Assembly (NCBI GenBank): GCA_030390025.1
Contig: CM059431.1
Span: 153,824,001 to 153,888,000, forward strand
Length of the DNA: 64,000 nt
Origin: Squalus acanthias
Lineage: Eukaryota
Direction of reading: 5' to 3'
This document shows, in pieces, positions 49,281 through 64,000 of the stretch. The position numbers and the translations under genes are program-made. The stretch's first letter is position 1, and each line of letters starts with the position of its first letter. The notes under the pieces were generated by a model that worked only from the letters and a program-made list of their open reading frames with translations, did not search any database and was not told the origin of the DNA.

Positions 49281-49550
49281 CTCTCTGTTATGTCATCACA
49301 GAAATAACAATTACCTGAACGGGTATTGAACCAGAGCAGCAGAGATGAGAGCGCGGAATCGTAATCATTAGACCACGAGGAACATTCTGCCTTTAGCCTG
49401 TTGTTATTTATGTAAGTGTTGCTTACTATCTTGTAACTTTTATTTGCATTGGAACACATTGATGCTTTGCATTCCCTTCAGGAATTCAGAAATTATTGTT
49501 CCTGTCAGTTGCTGCTAAGTTAAAATGTCTAACCACACTTTATGTTCACT

Positions 49551-49706
49551 TACTAGTCGCATTTCTTGTCTTATTCACAGTCCCAGATTAACGTTTACAT
49601 CCTGGCCTGGGGGTTTATACCCTACCCCTACTAGTCGCACTTCTTGTCTTATTCACACTCCCAGATTAACGTTTACTTCCTGGCCTGGGGGTTTTTACCC
49701 TACCCC
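49551..49706 (+). repeat. Tandem duplication, 2 x ~78 bp
   Basis: tactagtcgc...ccctacccc repeated with a few substitutions. Confidence 0.85.
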
Positions 49707-50329
49707 TCGTGATAGCTACCTCTGTAATTATCTATGAATTAAGCTAAAGTGATTTTGTGTCTGCGTCCTTTCAAATTTTGTAGCATTTCTCACTTGTCCT
49801 TCAATACTGGGCATTATACATACTGTCACATAACTTCCTTTTCTCCTCATACCGTCTCATCAAAGCAATATATAAGTTCCAGATATTTACCCATTGAAAG
49901 TTGTCATTCCACCATGTGGTCACGATGCTAATGATAACCAATCTGACACCCCTGAAAGACTTTTCACGCCACTCATCTTATTTGTCAGACGTTATTTTCA
50001 CTAATAAAAGTAAAGCTGCTAAGCTTTTAACTTTACCATTCACATTAGTTAATTGTTTACTTCGTTTTTATTCCGCCATTGGAATTAGACTTATTAATCA
50101 TAATGATTTATGTTTTCAGTAGCACAGCTTAAGGTTTGCTGCAATCGCTATAGCTGCTCTATTTCACCGACCGCACATATCCCCGCATTAGTTTAAATGA
50201 TCCTCCTGTATTCTATCTACACTGTCTGATAACACATCTAAACCCCACCTTTGTTTAGGTGCTGCATCAATAGTGCAGTATCGGCTGCATCTGATATTGT
50301 TTGAAGAACTGTAAGGCTGCAGAATTATC

Positions 50330-53300
50330 CTAATTGTATCTCGATGCAGCTGGAAAATAATTGAAAAAGTGGTTGGGGGCGATCGAGTTGTCGTGGTCCA
50401 TCAGGTACCGAACGACACGGGAAAGAACATTGTGGAGGGCCTGCTGAGTGAGTACCAGGAGTTAAGCGCCAATTAAAATGAAGACCTCGTGGGTAATTAT
50501 ATTGGCATTCTGACACAAGACACGTGAAAATTTAAATAGGGACCAGAAGATTAGGAATGTTGACACTTGGCTAAAGGATTGGTGTGGGAAAGAATATTTA
50601 CATTTCAATGGGCACCGTTATCCATACGGGGAAGGGAAGGAGCTGGACTACTTGAACTGGGTTCACCTGAACTGGGTTAGGACCATGTTCTAGCTCATAG
50701 GATACTAGCGCTGTAGAAAATATATTAAAACAATAAAAGGAGTGAATGGCGCTCAGGCAGAAGTTATAGGAAATCAGACAAAATAACGGATAAAATAACA
50801 GCAGAAATGATAAAAAAAGAGTGTGATGAGTTAAAATGTGTGCAAAAACATCAGGAAATGAGAGCAGCACAGGGTCCATTGTTCAATTAAAAGTTCTGTA
50901 CACTAACTGACGTAGCAGAAGTAATAAATCAAATGAATTCGAAGCGCAAATTCGACTTAAAAGGTATGACGTTGTGGTCATAAGTAAGATCTCGTAAAAA
51001 TCACAATATGACTGGTAGAGAGAGATATTCCACGTTGTAAGGTCCAGAGAAAGGTCATGGCAATTACAAAAAGAAGAAGAGTTGAAATATTGAAAAGGGG
51101 CACTTTTACTGCCTTTTAAAGAGAGGGTATCAGCAAGGGTGAGCATACAGTAGAAAGGCTATGAGTAGAACTGAGCAATAGAAAAGGAAGCAATACATTG
51201 GTGGGATTTGTTTCCAGACCTCCACATAGCACGAATAATGTGGCAGGATACATGAACTTTGTGATTAGGGAACCTTTTACAAAAACAGCGTAGTATAATC
51301 GGAGACTTCAATTCTCATGCAGACTGGGCGAAGCAGACCAGCTCTATTCCCAGAGGTAGCGAATTTGTTGAGTGTGTTCAGAAAAAAATTCTGAAACAAT
51401 GGCCCAAACATTGCGGTGGGCGACATGGCTCCGGAGTACGACCAACGAAAAGAATGCAAGCTTACCTTGTGCGAGCCCCCACACATAGATTTGCTGTTCG
51501 GCATTGCAGAGTTGTGCGCAGCATATTACATCAGGAATGCCTATGCGTAAGGGATGAAATGCCCGCAAAATCTGTGGCACTAAGCCACGTCCACAGAAAC
51601 TTCTTTCGGTCTCTTCAATTGAAATTGCACTATCAAAACATTTTAAAACTCCTAAAAACTTTAAAAAAACGTTGGATTAAACTGCTACTTGGACTTGTTT
51701 CATATATCAGCATTGTGTTAAAATTATGGAACAAAATACCAACAATAATTTGGTATCTTTTTTCCATTTGAAGGTTAAAAAAGATAATTTGAGTTCAATG
51801 GAAAGATTCTCGTCCTTTGACCGTTTACTAAAGAGAAATACATCGTTTAGCTGTTCAACCTTCTATTGAGGTTGAAACAGTTTCTATCACTTGGAAAGTG
51901 TATGCAAATTTACTTTATTTTTATTTCATACAAAGAAACAGATTCATTTTCTTATTTGCACTAAGGAGCATTGTAGAGCGTTGTAGAGTGTTTTGCTAGC
52001 CCACAGGTTCCCCAGTTCTTGATCAAACAATTGGGAGAGCAGAAAATATTGATAATTTTCAATATTAATTTTCATATTTTACATTTTTTATGTTTCTAAA
52101 TGCTTCCACTATGGGCATAGATTTTATTATGAAGTGCTTCCAGAATTCTTAACAAAACTTTCAGACGCATCAAATGGGTTCCTTTCATAATGAAACAGGC
52201 TCCTGCTCCTGCTTTCACTAACCGTAACATTTTCGGATGTAACTGCTGGGCAGTTGGTTGTAAATTATCCGAACTCTGCGCCAGCAATTAGTACTTTCCC
52301 CGTCGATGCAGATCATGTGTCAAGTTGGAACTTGACAGATCGCAAGCTATGTATTTAGCGCATGCGAAAGTACATGTGGTAATCCAGAGTTTGCAGTCAA
52401 TTTCAAAGGAAGTATTATGGCGTATTCTCAGAGTATGCCATTATACGAACCTCAAAATTTGCCCTTTGTGTTCTTGAATCAACAAGGGAACAGGCCATCT
52501 TATATTTAGTAAAGAGTAATGCCCTTGAATTAGTCAATATTTTAACGTAAAGGGAACACCTAACTAACAGTGGCCATAATATTATAGAATTCGGTATTAG
52601 GTTTGAGAGCGAAAATGTTGAATCACGAATCAAGATTTTAAATTTAGGTAAGGCTGACTTTGGAGCGATGAGGCAGGAATTAACCACAATAGACTGGGCA
52701 GAACTGTTAACGGAAAACACTGCAAATGAGCAGTGGAAGTATTCAAAATATTATTTGTTAGAATACAACGCGTGTATGTATTCCTAAAGGGCGAGAGCAC
52801 TGCATGTACAATTGCACAAATTTGCTGAACAATTTAAGTGAGAGTTAGTTTGAAGCAAAAGGAAGGTAAAGAACAGTAGAGATGCGTGGGCTGGGAGAGA
52901 TAAAATGAACAGCAGAGGGACACAAATAAAGTGTTAAGAGGTATTGTAAGGGAATACGAGAAACAGCTTGCAAAGGCTATCAAAAACAGCAGTTTCCAAA
53001 TATATTACAGGAAAGATGGTGTCTAAGAATAATGTGCGTCCCGTAATTTCAGACGCTGTTGATATTTTACTTGCAAATCTGAAAATTGACAGACTTACAA
53101 AATAATTAATTTGTACCGGTCTTCACAGTAGATGATGAAAGTAGGGAGAAAGTACCAGAGATACATGAAAACTAAAACTAAATCAAGGGAAGGAGCTAAC
53201 TAGATTCAATATAAGTAAACATATGATGATGGAGAAACTGATGAGATTAACAATAGACAAATCACCAGAACACGATGGTTTTTACCTCAGGGAATTAAAA

Positions 53301-53790
53301 TAACTAGGTGCGGAAATTGTTGCTGCGTTAGGTGCATTTTGAGGGAGAACGTTGCAGATTTCAACTACGCTATGCCCTAAAAGGGCTAAATTATAAGGAC
53401 AGAATGCATAGACTCGGATTTCATTCCCTTGAATATAAAAGATTAAGGGTGTTTAACATGATAACAGATTTGATAGTGTAGATTGCGAGAAACTATTTAC
53501 TCCGATGTGGGAGTCCGGCAAAAGGGGGCTGTGCAGAGCTAATTTCAGAAAGCACAACTTCACACAAAGCGTAGTTGAAATCTGCAACGCTCTCCCTCAA
53601 AAAGCAGTTGAGGGCAGGTCAATTATGATTTGATTACTGACATTGATATATTTTTATTATGCAAAGGTATTAAGAGTTACAGAAACACGGTGGGTAGATG
53701 TAGTTAATATACAGATCCGCCATGATCTAATTGAATGTCAGAACAGGCTCGCAGGGGTGATTGGCCTACTTATGTTCCTATGTTTCTGTT
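50330..53790 (+). mobile_element. Highly decayed CR1 LINE with internal MITE-like insertion (~51401-52465)
   Basis: Esterase- and endonuclease-like remnants and CR1 tail; insertion bounded by ggcccaaacatt / aaatttgccc. Confidence 0.55.
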
Positions 53791-56030
53791 CTATGTCTCC
53801 CTGCACATGCAGTATTTCACAAAATACTACACTTTTATTCCTTCGCTTAAGCTTCCTTTAGAATAAACTGAATTCAACAGGAAGGATCTATTGCATTCTT
53901 CTACATGTTATTATTTCCAACATTTACCACAACAATTGGTTCCTTTCTTGCCCCCTGCAGCATTCCGTCAACCCAGTATGTCAGCTCTTCAATCCATGCA
54001 CCCGGGAGGCAACACACTATTTGTTTTCCAGATCATCTTTCTACAGAATTCTACTTGTTCACTGAAATATCGAATCCGCTAATGCCACATACTTGTCAGA
54101 TACTCTATGTCTATTCGCTTGTTCCCTCACAGGATGCTGGATTATCCCATCTTGCCATGTCATAACTAGCCCTTGAGTCTCCACATCAAGGGGGTAATTT
54201 TAATTTTGGACGATAGTGTAAGTTGGGAGATATTAAATGATATGACCGTTATCTCCTATCTATTTCCATGGGAGCGCATTTGAGGGAGAGGTCCAGGATT
54301 TAACCATTACCGGACCGTGACCTCTCATCCACTTTCTAGCAGAAACCCACTCTCCGCTTGTAGGTACCGGGGTCCCTTCTCGTAATCTGGCGCCGTTGTT
54401 GTATTCTCTAATAACTCATCGATAAAAGTGCCTCCCTAATGTTCTGATGCGTGACCAGTCGCTCGCTAAGGCTGAACACATTCAGCTACAGTACATCGAC
54501 CAGCTTGCAGTTGTTGCAGGTGCACATTTCAGAATATGCGACGGGAAGGAAAGTATCTCACAACTTCTACAACTCAAAAAAATAGTTCATCCTCGTGTAA
54601 CGTTAACTTTTAAACATGTTTGAGATCAGAAAATAACCTTAAAGAGTACAAAATTAAAAAGCCAAATTCCCATTAATTAAATTCCTTGAATTCGAATCAC
54701 CTTTTAGAAAATAATTGCTGCTCTTGTTCCTTGGTTAGTTTACTGACCACCTCCTCCCTCCTCTCCTGCAACGAATTCCATCTTCACGAAATTCCCGAAT
54801 CACCTAAAACATACACATCGTTCAACATTGATTTGATTGTATAGTCTTGCAGCAAACAGATCGTACTCGCTTACTGTCTCACAATCCTTAACTTTGTCAT
54901 GGTTTTCAACCTGATTGATCTGTCAAGCAATTTATTCGGCTGAATTCAGTTACAGTGAAATTAGTTAACAAATCCCACCCTCTAAATACAATGTTATCAC
55001 ATTCCTCAAGCAAATGTGTACTTAGAGATTATAGTGCCTGGAATATATGTATCTCCCACGGTTGAACGCTGTGCCTCGGGATCAAAGCCTGCGCAAACAA
55101 GTGAAGCTTGTTTGCCCACTGCTGAATCTCTTGTCAGCTGAAAGCACTCTGACAGAATTAACCATTTCCTTTCAATCGCATCTTGAACTCTGTGCTCTCG
55201 AATTTACAACGCATAAGTACGTTAAAGATACAAAGCTGTTACAACTGTTCAGTCAGCCCCGAGCCACTTAATATCTAAATATCACCTGAACAATGATCGA
55301 TTTACAGCAATTCTCCAGAAATGTATCTGCTGTTCTCTCCCCTCGTGTTCAACATGGTAAGCTGGCTTATACATGACGATGATTGATTACCCTTACCCAG
55401 GACTCCTGTTAACCCACTTACATCGGTTATTGCAGTAGATACTGTCACACAGTAGAAGGGAGGCAAACGGGAAAGTCTCACCACACTGCAAACACTCGCC
55501 CCCATGAAACAAGCTGCGAACGACATCACAGGACGTTGAACAGAAGTCAGGATCGGAGATGCCGAAGCAGACACCCGGCACAGCAGATTGTTTTGGCAGT
55601 TTATCTTCCTATTTTCTTGCTACTTCTTCAATCATGCGCTCCCAAACCTTGGAAACGATATAACCTGCTGTTGCATTGAGTGGCCACTTGTCCGCTAGCA
55701 CTTTCCTTCACGACTATATCCGAACACTTATCCCTCCACTTTTAATAGGTTAATTAGACGAGTCGGTTAAAAGTGCAAGACAGACTGACTATAAAATCCT
55801 GATAAAAATAGATGTTCAGTAGCTTTTACACTGCAGAGCACTCGCACTGAAAAATGCGTTCCGTGTAACTCGATGGTACGTTTGAGGGATTAGCACTTTG
55901 TAGGATTTACTGAGCTGGACTGAGTACGTTTAAAGGGAGGAAAGCAGAATCGTTAACTGGAGGCCCACAACACGGTCTAGGTCAACTTAAGTGATGCAGA
56001 CTTCGGCATTCCCGCATTTGAGCTATATAT

Positions 56031-56793
56031 TGGCCCGGCTTTTGTGGTTATATTGACGGCGAAACTGCCAGCGTTCGCTGTCATTACGCTGCGAAACTGA
56101 CAGCAACATCGGGAGTCCGCACATGCGCAGTTAAAGGCGGCAATCCAGAATTGCTGTCAGCGATCCCCTGCTCCTGCTTGGGGCCCGCTGTTAATGTATC
56201 CGCAGTTGGCAATCTTTAGAATTCAATATTTGATGTGAACTTCCACGTTTGCACTGTAATATCGCAGTGAAACAAACCCGGAAATGTTAAGCCTTTTGAA
56301 TGAGATTTAATTGTTTTTTTAACGGCATATTAAGTAAATAACTATTGCGAAACAAACTCTCGAGCCCTGAACAACTGATCTTATATTTCTGGAATATAAC
56401 TTTTTTCCATTATGATGAAAAAATTCCATTGTTGTTAACATATATTTCTTTTAATACAAATTATTTATTATATTTCACCTTCTACCTTAATCACATGTGT
56501 AACGATCTTTATTTCGCTCTCTGTAAAATGGTCAAAAATTTAAAGATAATTAGTGCTTTTTACTTCCTGTTTTGTTGTCTGTGAGAATTCTTCAATGTGA
56601 TTGACTGGTTAGCGTGCTTCATGACATAATTATTGCTGTATGCTGGAGATCTCCTGTTGGTGATTCCAGGATGAAATTAATGTTGAGGAAGGTGAAATCG
56701 TCGCCGCTGAGTTCGGCAGCTCTTTGTGGGCAGCTTTCATCAGGGTAAGCAGGGACTACCATCGCTTCGCCGCTGACCACAAAATGCTGACCA
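56031..56793. mobile_element. MITE-like element
   Basis: ggcccggcttttgtggt ... accacaaaatgctgacc imperfect TIRs around an AT-rich core. Confidence 0.55.
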
Positions 56794-58274
56794 TTCTTTC
56801 TGTGCACCAACGATTGTTGATTGGTAATTTGATCCCCATATTAAAAGTCATTTTACACGATACTTTGCAAATTCCTTTTGCCGTCTCATGTGTTTCAATA
56901 TTTTGAATCGCTTCATGACTCTTGCATTAGCCACTTTTCCCCAAAAGATGAAAGTCAATCACCCGCACAACACAAATGAACAACATAGTGTAAGCATGTA
57001 TATTGTTCCCTTAACGTAGAAAAAATGTTGGTAAGCATTTCACAGAATAGTATGAAATTAGAATGCAACGAAAAAGGATTTATTGCAGATGGTTGGCCAA
57101 GGTGATACATTTAAGAAGTGACAGATGAGGAGGATAGGGAAGGGGAGAAGGGAGGGAATACCAGAGAATGTACCTACGCAGCTGAAGACACTGCTAAGAA
57201 TGGAAGGGTGATGGGACTTAGTTTGCACAGGAGGGAGGAGTCAGGGGAACAGATCGTTTTATAGGGGAAATTCTGTTCCAGCATTTTGCAGAGATAGAGA
57301 AAGGTGAAATTATGGACGAATTTAAACACACCTATGTATAATTTAAATTTGAAGCTATGGGGGACTAGGAGTCAATGGAGGTCAACGAAGTCTATATAAT
57401 GGACGAGTGAGACATGGCGTTGATTAAGATATGGGCAGTGCAGTATTGGGTGAATTAATTCTTCAGGAGTTTAATGGTAACAGGAGCATTGTAGTAATGG
57501 TACCGGGAGATTTCAAAGGCATGAATTACGGTTTGAATGGTAGATGGGCTTAGCTTAAAGCCGGTTCAGATCTATGGTAGAGGCAGAAAACTGATTGATT
57601 GGATCCGCAATGTGTTGAATTAAAGTTGGGTACAGACCTGTGAGGCGATATCACCTTCAAGCAGCTTGGAGAAAATAGCACGCGGTTTAAGCAATTAAAC
57701 GACGAAATATATGACACAGGCGCTGAGTATTATTCCATTTCTGCCCGTTCGTTGAGTTCAAAAGATTTATATGTCAAAATAATGTTAAGGATTATTATTT
57801 ATGATTGTTATTCATAAAAATTTGTCCAGGCCGGTTACATCCAGTAATATCAGGTCTACGATTATTACATCTGAGTATCTGATTATTTTGGACAAAATAA
57901 CTGCTGTTCCGTGTGCTGAAATCTTAGCTGAGAGTCCGAATGTAGGATCCCGAAAAAAAACAAGGTTCGGGCACTTTCATCAATGCGATGAACTGAACAA
58001 TGCGAATATGACCAACGTCAGTGATCAGTGGCCGGAACCGAGCAGGAGAAATAAATTATGAAAAATTAAGGGGAAAGGTTAGACATTTGGTCCATCATTT
58101 CAAAAACCATGGGAGCAGTAAAGGAAAGAGCGACCGGCCTAATACCACTGCAAGAACTGACAGCAGCACCGTGACATCTGATGTACATGCTAAAGATTCC
58201 ATCAGAGCAATAGAACAAATAAATCCTGTCTGGAGCGAATCTCACATCAATATATCTAAAATTAGATGCCCTAC

Positions 58275-59630
58275 ATAAGAACATAAGAACATAAGAAATA
58301 GGAGCAGGAATAGGCAATTGACCCTTCGAGCCTGCTCCGCCATTCAATAAGATCATGGCTGATCTAGGCATCAACGCCACTTCCCAGCCCGCGCCCCATA
58401 ATCCTTCACTACCTTAGCTTGCAAAAATGTGTCTATCTCCACTTTAAATGTATTTAATGACCCAGCGTCCACAGCTCACCGGGGCAGAGAATTCCACAAA
58501 TTTACGATCCTCTGAGAGAAGAAGTTCCTCCTCATCTTAGTTCTTAAAGGGCGACGTTTAACACTGAGACTGTGCCTGCGAGTTCTAGATTTCCCCATGA
58601 GAGGAAACAACCTCTCTGCACCTACCCTGTCGAGTCCCCTCACTATCTTATATGCTTCGATATGATCACCTCTCATTCTTCTAAATTCCAATGAGTATAC
58701 GACCAGCCTGCTCAACCTTTCCTCAAATTTCATACCCCTCATCTCTGGAATTAACTCAGGGAATCGTCTCTGAACTGCCTCCAAATCAAGCATATCCTTC
58801 CTTAAATAAGGAGACCAAAACTGTACGCAGTACTCAAATTGTGGTCTCACCAATACCTTGTAGTTGTAGCAGGACGTCCCTGCTTTTATCCTCCAACCCC
58901 CTTGAAATAAAGGCCAACATTCCATTCGCCTTTTTGATTACTTGCTGTACCTGCATGCTAACTTTTTGTGTTTCATGCACAAGGACGCCAAGGGCCCTCT
59001 GAACTGTAGCATCTTGTAGTCTCTCTTCATTTAAAAATTGTTTGCTTTTTTATTTTAACTTCGAAAGTGGATAACCTCGCACTTTCCCACATTATACTCC
59101 ATTTGCTGAATGTTTTCCCACTCACCTAGCCTGTCTGTATCCCTATGCAGATTCTTTGAGTCCTCTGCACAAGTTGCTTTACCATACATCTTTGTATCCT
59201 GCGCAAAATTGGCTATATTACACTCGATCCCTTCATCCAAGTCATTAATGTAGATTATAAATATTTGAGGTCGCAGCACCGATCCTTGTGGCACTGCACT
59301 CGTTAGAGTTTGCCAAACAGAAAATGACCCATTTATCCCGACTCTCTGCTTTCTGTTAGTTCGCCGATTCTCTATCCATGCTAATATATTACTCCAACTC
59401 CGAGAACACTTATCTTATGCAGTAATCTTTTATGTGGCCCCTTATCGATGGCCATCTGGAAATCCAAATACACCACATCCACTGGCTCACCCTTGTCCAT
59501 CCTGCTTGTTACATCCTCAAAGAAGTCCAGCAAATTTTTTAAACATGATTTTCCTTTCATAACACCATGCTGACTCTGTTTGACTGCAGTATGTATTTCG
59601 AAATGCCCTGCTAATGCTTCCTTAATGAAG
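58275..59630 (-). mobile_element. CR1 LINE 3' portion
   Basis: ORFs 58476-58925 and 59055-59294; (ttcttatg)n tail. Confidence 0.85.
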
Positions 59631-59639
59631 AACTCACTT

Positions 59640-62600
59640 CCGCGGGCTTTCTCCAGAGACCAGTGTCGGGAGCGGAGAGAGCAGCAGCACAGTGATTAGT
59701 TAAACACACTTTTGTGGGCATTTTACAGAGGCCAGTGTCCGGAAAGGGCCCTTGAGTATATCATTTAATTGAAGTGAAATTGGTGGGATTCATTTAATTT
59801 AATTTTAATTAATTAATTAAAGGGTTAGTCATGGCAAGAGAGCTCCGCCCCGTGATATGCTCCTCCTGCTTTTTGTGGGAAATCAGGGACGCTTCCGGTG
59901 TCCCTGACGACCATGTGTGTGGGAAGTGTATCCAGCTGCAGCTACTGATAGACCGCATTGCGGCGCTGCAGCTGCGGATGGATGTATATTGGAGCATTCG
60001 CGACGCTGAGAACGTCGTGGATAGCCCTTTTAGCGAGTTGGTCACACCGCAGGTAAATGGTGTACAGGCAGGAAGTGAATGGGTTACCACCAGGCAGAGT
60101 AAGAGGTGCAGGCAGTTAGTGCAAGGGTCCCCTGTGGACATCCCCCTCTCAAACAGATATACCACTTTGGATACTGTTGGGGGGGATGACTTATCAGGGG
60201 AAGGCAGCAGCAGCCAACTTCCTGGCACCATGTGTGGCTCTGCTACACAGGCTGGGAGGAAAAAGAGTGGAAGAGCTATAGTGATAGGGGATTCAATTGT
60301 AAGGGGAATAGATAGGCGTTTCTACGGCCGCAAACGAGATTCCAAAATGGTGTGTTGCCTCGCTGGTGCAAGGGTCAAGGTCGTCTCGGAGCGGCTACAG
60401 AACATTTTGGAGAGGGAGGGTGAACAGCCAGTTGTCGTGGTGCACATAGGCAGCAACGATATAGGTGAAAAACGGGATAAGGTCCAAAAAGCAGAATATA
60501 GGGAGTTAGGAGGTAAATTAAAAAATAGGACCTCAAAGGTAGTAATCTCATGATTGCTACCAGTGCCACGTTCTAGTCAGAGTAGAAATAGGAGGATATT
60601 TCAAATGAATACGTGGCTAGAGGAATGGTGCAAGTCGGTGAGATTCAAATTCCTTGGACATTGGAACCGGTTCAAGTGGTGGTGGGACCATTACAAATGG
60701 AACGGTCTGCCCATGGGCAGGGCAGCGACCGATGTCCCCGGGGGGAGTTTGCTAGTGCTCTTGCTGGAGGGTTTAAACTATAGAGGTTTGGGAAACTGGG
60801 CACTGAGAGAGAGGAAGGGGAAACAAGCATAAAAGCAAAAGACAGGAAGGAGAAAAACAAAAGTAGAAGGCAAAGAACTCAACGGTTCAAATCAAAAATG
60901 GTCACAGTAAATAATAATTGATATTGGTCTGAATGCTTTGTGTCTAAATGCAAGGGGCATTCGGAACAAGGTGGATGAATTAGCTGCAAGAATATAAGTT
61001 AATGAATACGATTTGATTGGGATTACAGAAACATGGCTTCAGGGTGACCAAGGCTGGGAACTCAACATCCAGGTGTATTCAATATTTAGGACAGATAGGC
61101 AAAAAGTAAAGTGAGTTGTGGTAGCTTTGCTGGTTAAAGAGGGGATTAACACAATTGAAAGGAAGGATATTAGCTCTAATGATTCGGAATCTGTATGGGT
61201 AGAACTGAGGAATAACAAGGGGCAGAACACGTTACTGGGAGTGGTATATAGAGCTCCAAACAGTAATACGGAGGTTGGGGACGGCATTTAAAGGGAAATT
61301 AGAGAAGCATGCAGTAAGGGCACAGCAGTCATCATGGGTAACTTTAATTTACATGTAGATTGGGCTAACCAAATTAGTAAAAATATTGTGGAGGAGGAAT
61401 TCCTAGAATGTTTACGGGATGTTTTTTTGGAACAATATATCGAGGGCCCAACCAGAGATCAGGCCATATTAAACTGGGTATTATGTAACGAGAAAGGACT
61501 AATTAGCAATCTTGTTGAACGTTGCCTCTTGGGTCAGAGTGATCATAATATGATAGAATTCTTCATTAGGATGGAGAGTGAAGTAGTTGAATCAGAGACT
61601 TGGGCCCTGAATTTAAATAAAGGGCACTACAATGCTATGAGGCGCGAATTGGGTCGGATTGATTGGGGAATTTCACTCAAAGGGTTGACGGTGGATAGGC
61701 AATGGCAAACATTCAAAGACTGCATGAATGAACGACAGAATTTGTTCATCCCAGTGTTGCATAAGATAAAACAAAAAGGCTGACTCATCCGTGGCTAACA
61801 AGGGAAATTAGGGATAGCATAAGATCCAAGGAGAGGGCATTTAAATTGGCCAGAAAAAGCGGAAAATCTGAAGATTGTGTGCAGTTCAGGATTCAACAAA
61901 GGAGGACAAAGGGATTAATTAAGAAAGGGAAAATAGAATATGAAAGTAAGCTTGCAGGGACCATAACAACTGACTGTAAGAGCTTTTATAGATATGTGAA
62001 GAGAAAAAGATTAGTGAAATCAAGTTAGTTCCCTTGCAGTCAGAAGCGGGGTAAGTTATAATGGGGAACAAAGAAATGGCAGACCAATTAAATGCATATT
62101 TTGTTTCTGTCTTCACAAAGGAGGACACAAATAACCTCCCAGCGATGTTGGAGAACATAGGTTCTGATGAAAGGGTGTAAGTGAAAGAAATCAGCATTTG
62201 CAGGGCAATGGTGTTAGGGAAATTGATGGGATTGAAGGTCGATAAATCCCCAGGGCCTGATAATCTACATCCTAGGGTACGTAAGGAAGTGGCCGTGAAA
62301 TAGTAGATGCATTGCTGATCATCTTCCAACATTCGATGGAATCTGGAACTGTACCCATGGATTGGAGGGTAGCTAATGTTACCACACTATTCAAAAAGGG
62401 TGGCAGAGAGAAAGCGGGGAATTACAGACTGGTAAGCCTGACATCGGCAGTTGGGAAAATGCTAGAGTCCGTTATAAAGGATGTAATAGCTGAGCACTTG
62501 AAAAACAGTGACAGGATCGGACAGAGTCAACATTGATTTACAAATGGTAAATCGTGCTTTACTAATCTACTGGAAATTTTTGAGGATGTAACTGGGAAAA

Positions 62601-63822
62601 TAGATAAAGGAGAACGAGTAGATGTGGTGTATTTGGACTTACAAAAGGCTTTCGATAAGGTCCCGTTTAAGAGATTAGCGTGTAAATTTAAGGCACATGG
62701 GATTGGGGCAAGGTATTGACTTGGATAGAGAACTGGTTGTCGGACAGAAAGCAGTGAGTAGGAATTAATGGTTCTTTTTCCGAGTGGCTGGGAGTGACTC
62801 GTGGGGTACCGCAGCGATCGGTCCTTGGAACCCAGCTATTCACAATATACATTAATGATCTAGTTAAGGGAAATACATGTAATATCTCCAAGTTTGCAGA
62901 TGGCACAAAGCTGGGTGGGCGTGTGTTCTGCGAGGAGGATACCGAAAAACTCCAGGATGATTTGGACAGGTTGGGTAGGTGGGCAGAAGCGTGGCAGATG
63001 CAATATAACGTGGATAAATGTGAGGTTATCCACTTTGGCGTCAAAAACAGAAAGGCAGACGATTATCTGAATGGCAATAGTTTGGGAGAAGGGGAAGTGC
63101 AACGAGACCTGTTTGCCCTTGTGCACAGTCGCTGAAGGTAAGCATGCAGGTGCAGCAGGTGGTGAAGAAGGCAAATGGTATGTTGGCCTTCATAGAGAAA
63201 GTGTTTGAGTGTAGAGATAGGGATGTCCTGCTGCAGTTGTACAGGGCCTTGGTGAGACAACACCTTGAGTACTGTGTGCAGTTTTGGTCGCCTTATCTGA
63301 GGAAGGATGTTCTTGCCAGGGAAGGAGTTCAGCGATGATTCACAAGGCTGATAGCTGGGATGGCTGGAATGACATATGAGGAGAGATTGGGACGATTGGG
63401 TTTATACTCGCTGGAGTGTAGAAGAATGAGAGGGGATCTCATCGAAACACATACAATTCTGACAGGTCTGGACAAACTAGATGCAGGAAGAATGTTCCCG
63501 ATGGTAGGAGAGTCCAGAAACAGGGGTCATAATCTAAGGGTAAGGGGTAAGCCATTTCGGACATAAATGAGGAAAAATTTCTTCACCGAGAGAGTGGTGA
63601 ACGTGTGGAATTCTCTACCACAGAAGTTAATTGAGGCCAATTCATTAAATATATTTAAGAATGAGTTAGATATATTTCTTAAAGCTAAAGGTATCAAGGG
63701 ATATGGGGAGAAGGCAGGTACAGGGTACTGAGTTTGGATGATCAGCCATTATCTCATCGAATGGCGGAGCAGGCTCGAGGGGCCGAATGGCCTACTCCTA
63801 CTCCTATCTTCGATGTTTCTAT
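59640..63822 (+). mobile_element. Near full-length CR1 LINE (HER1-like), inactivated
   Basis: ORF1 followed by APE endonuclease (GNFN, SDHN) and RT fragments, then CR1 3' tail; multiple stops and frameshifts. Confidence 0.92.
59831..60553 (+). pseudogene. CR1 ORF1 (zinc finger/leucine zipper plus SGNH esterase), truncated by a stop
   Basis: CSSC...CGKC, LSNRY, IVIGDSIVR, VVHIGSND motifs. Confidence 0.85.
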
Positions 63823-64000
63823 GTTAGCAGCATTTTCCCAACAACAGATGTTAGGCTAACTTGTTTATAGTTTCCTTCTTTCTGCCTCCCTCTTTTCTTT
63901 AATAGGGGTGTTACATTAGCGGTTTTCCAAACGGCTTGGACCTCTCCAGAATCCAGGGAATTTTGGTATATTGCAACCAATGCATCCACTATCTCTGCAG

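Noticed and set aside
55390..55670. Cys-rich minus-strand reading ending near gtaag donors
   Set aside because: No family recognised and an upstream stop; would need a homology search.

Overview
Repeat-dense eukaryotic DNA, most likely from a cartilaginous fish (inferred from HE1-type V-SINEs, HER1/CR1 LINEs, a Deu-core SINE, Penelope fragments and shark-type NLR remnants). I recognise no intact host gene. The centrepiece is a young ~9.4 kb LTR element on the minus strand (32596-41963), inserted into a CR1 LINE with a 4-bp GAAG target-site duplication and near-identical ~1.66 kb LTRs. It carries (i) a gag frame whose ATG overlaps the primer-binding site, with a coiled coil, a PSAPPSY late-domain motif, a capsid MHR-like motif, a CCHC knuckle and two in-frame stops; (ii) no recognisable pol: the gag stop lies in a CAA-TGA-CTAG readthrough context and runs in-frame into an unrecognised ~369-codon ORF that partly resembles the gag coiled coil; (iii) an intact ~783-aa env with an Ig-like domain, a furin site and a long paramyxovirus-F-like fusion subunit (lokiretrovirus-like). 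Also present: two oppositely oriented NACHT (NLR) pseudogene fragments, an old tandem segmental duplication with copy-specific insertions, a Harbinger-like MITE family, Penelope-derived hairpins with hammerhead-like cores and degenerate minisatellites. Boundaries of decayed repeats are approximate; all family assignments come from reading motifs by eye, not from database searches.
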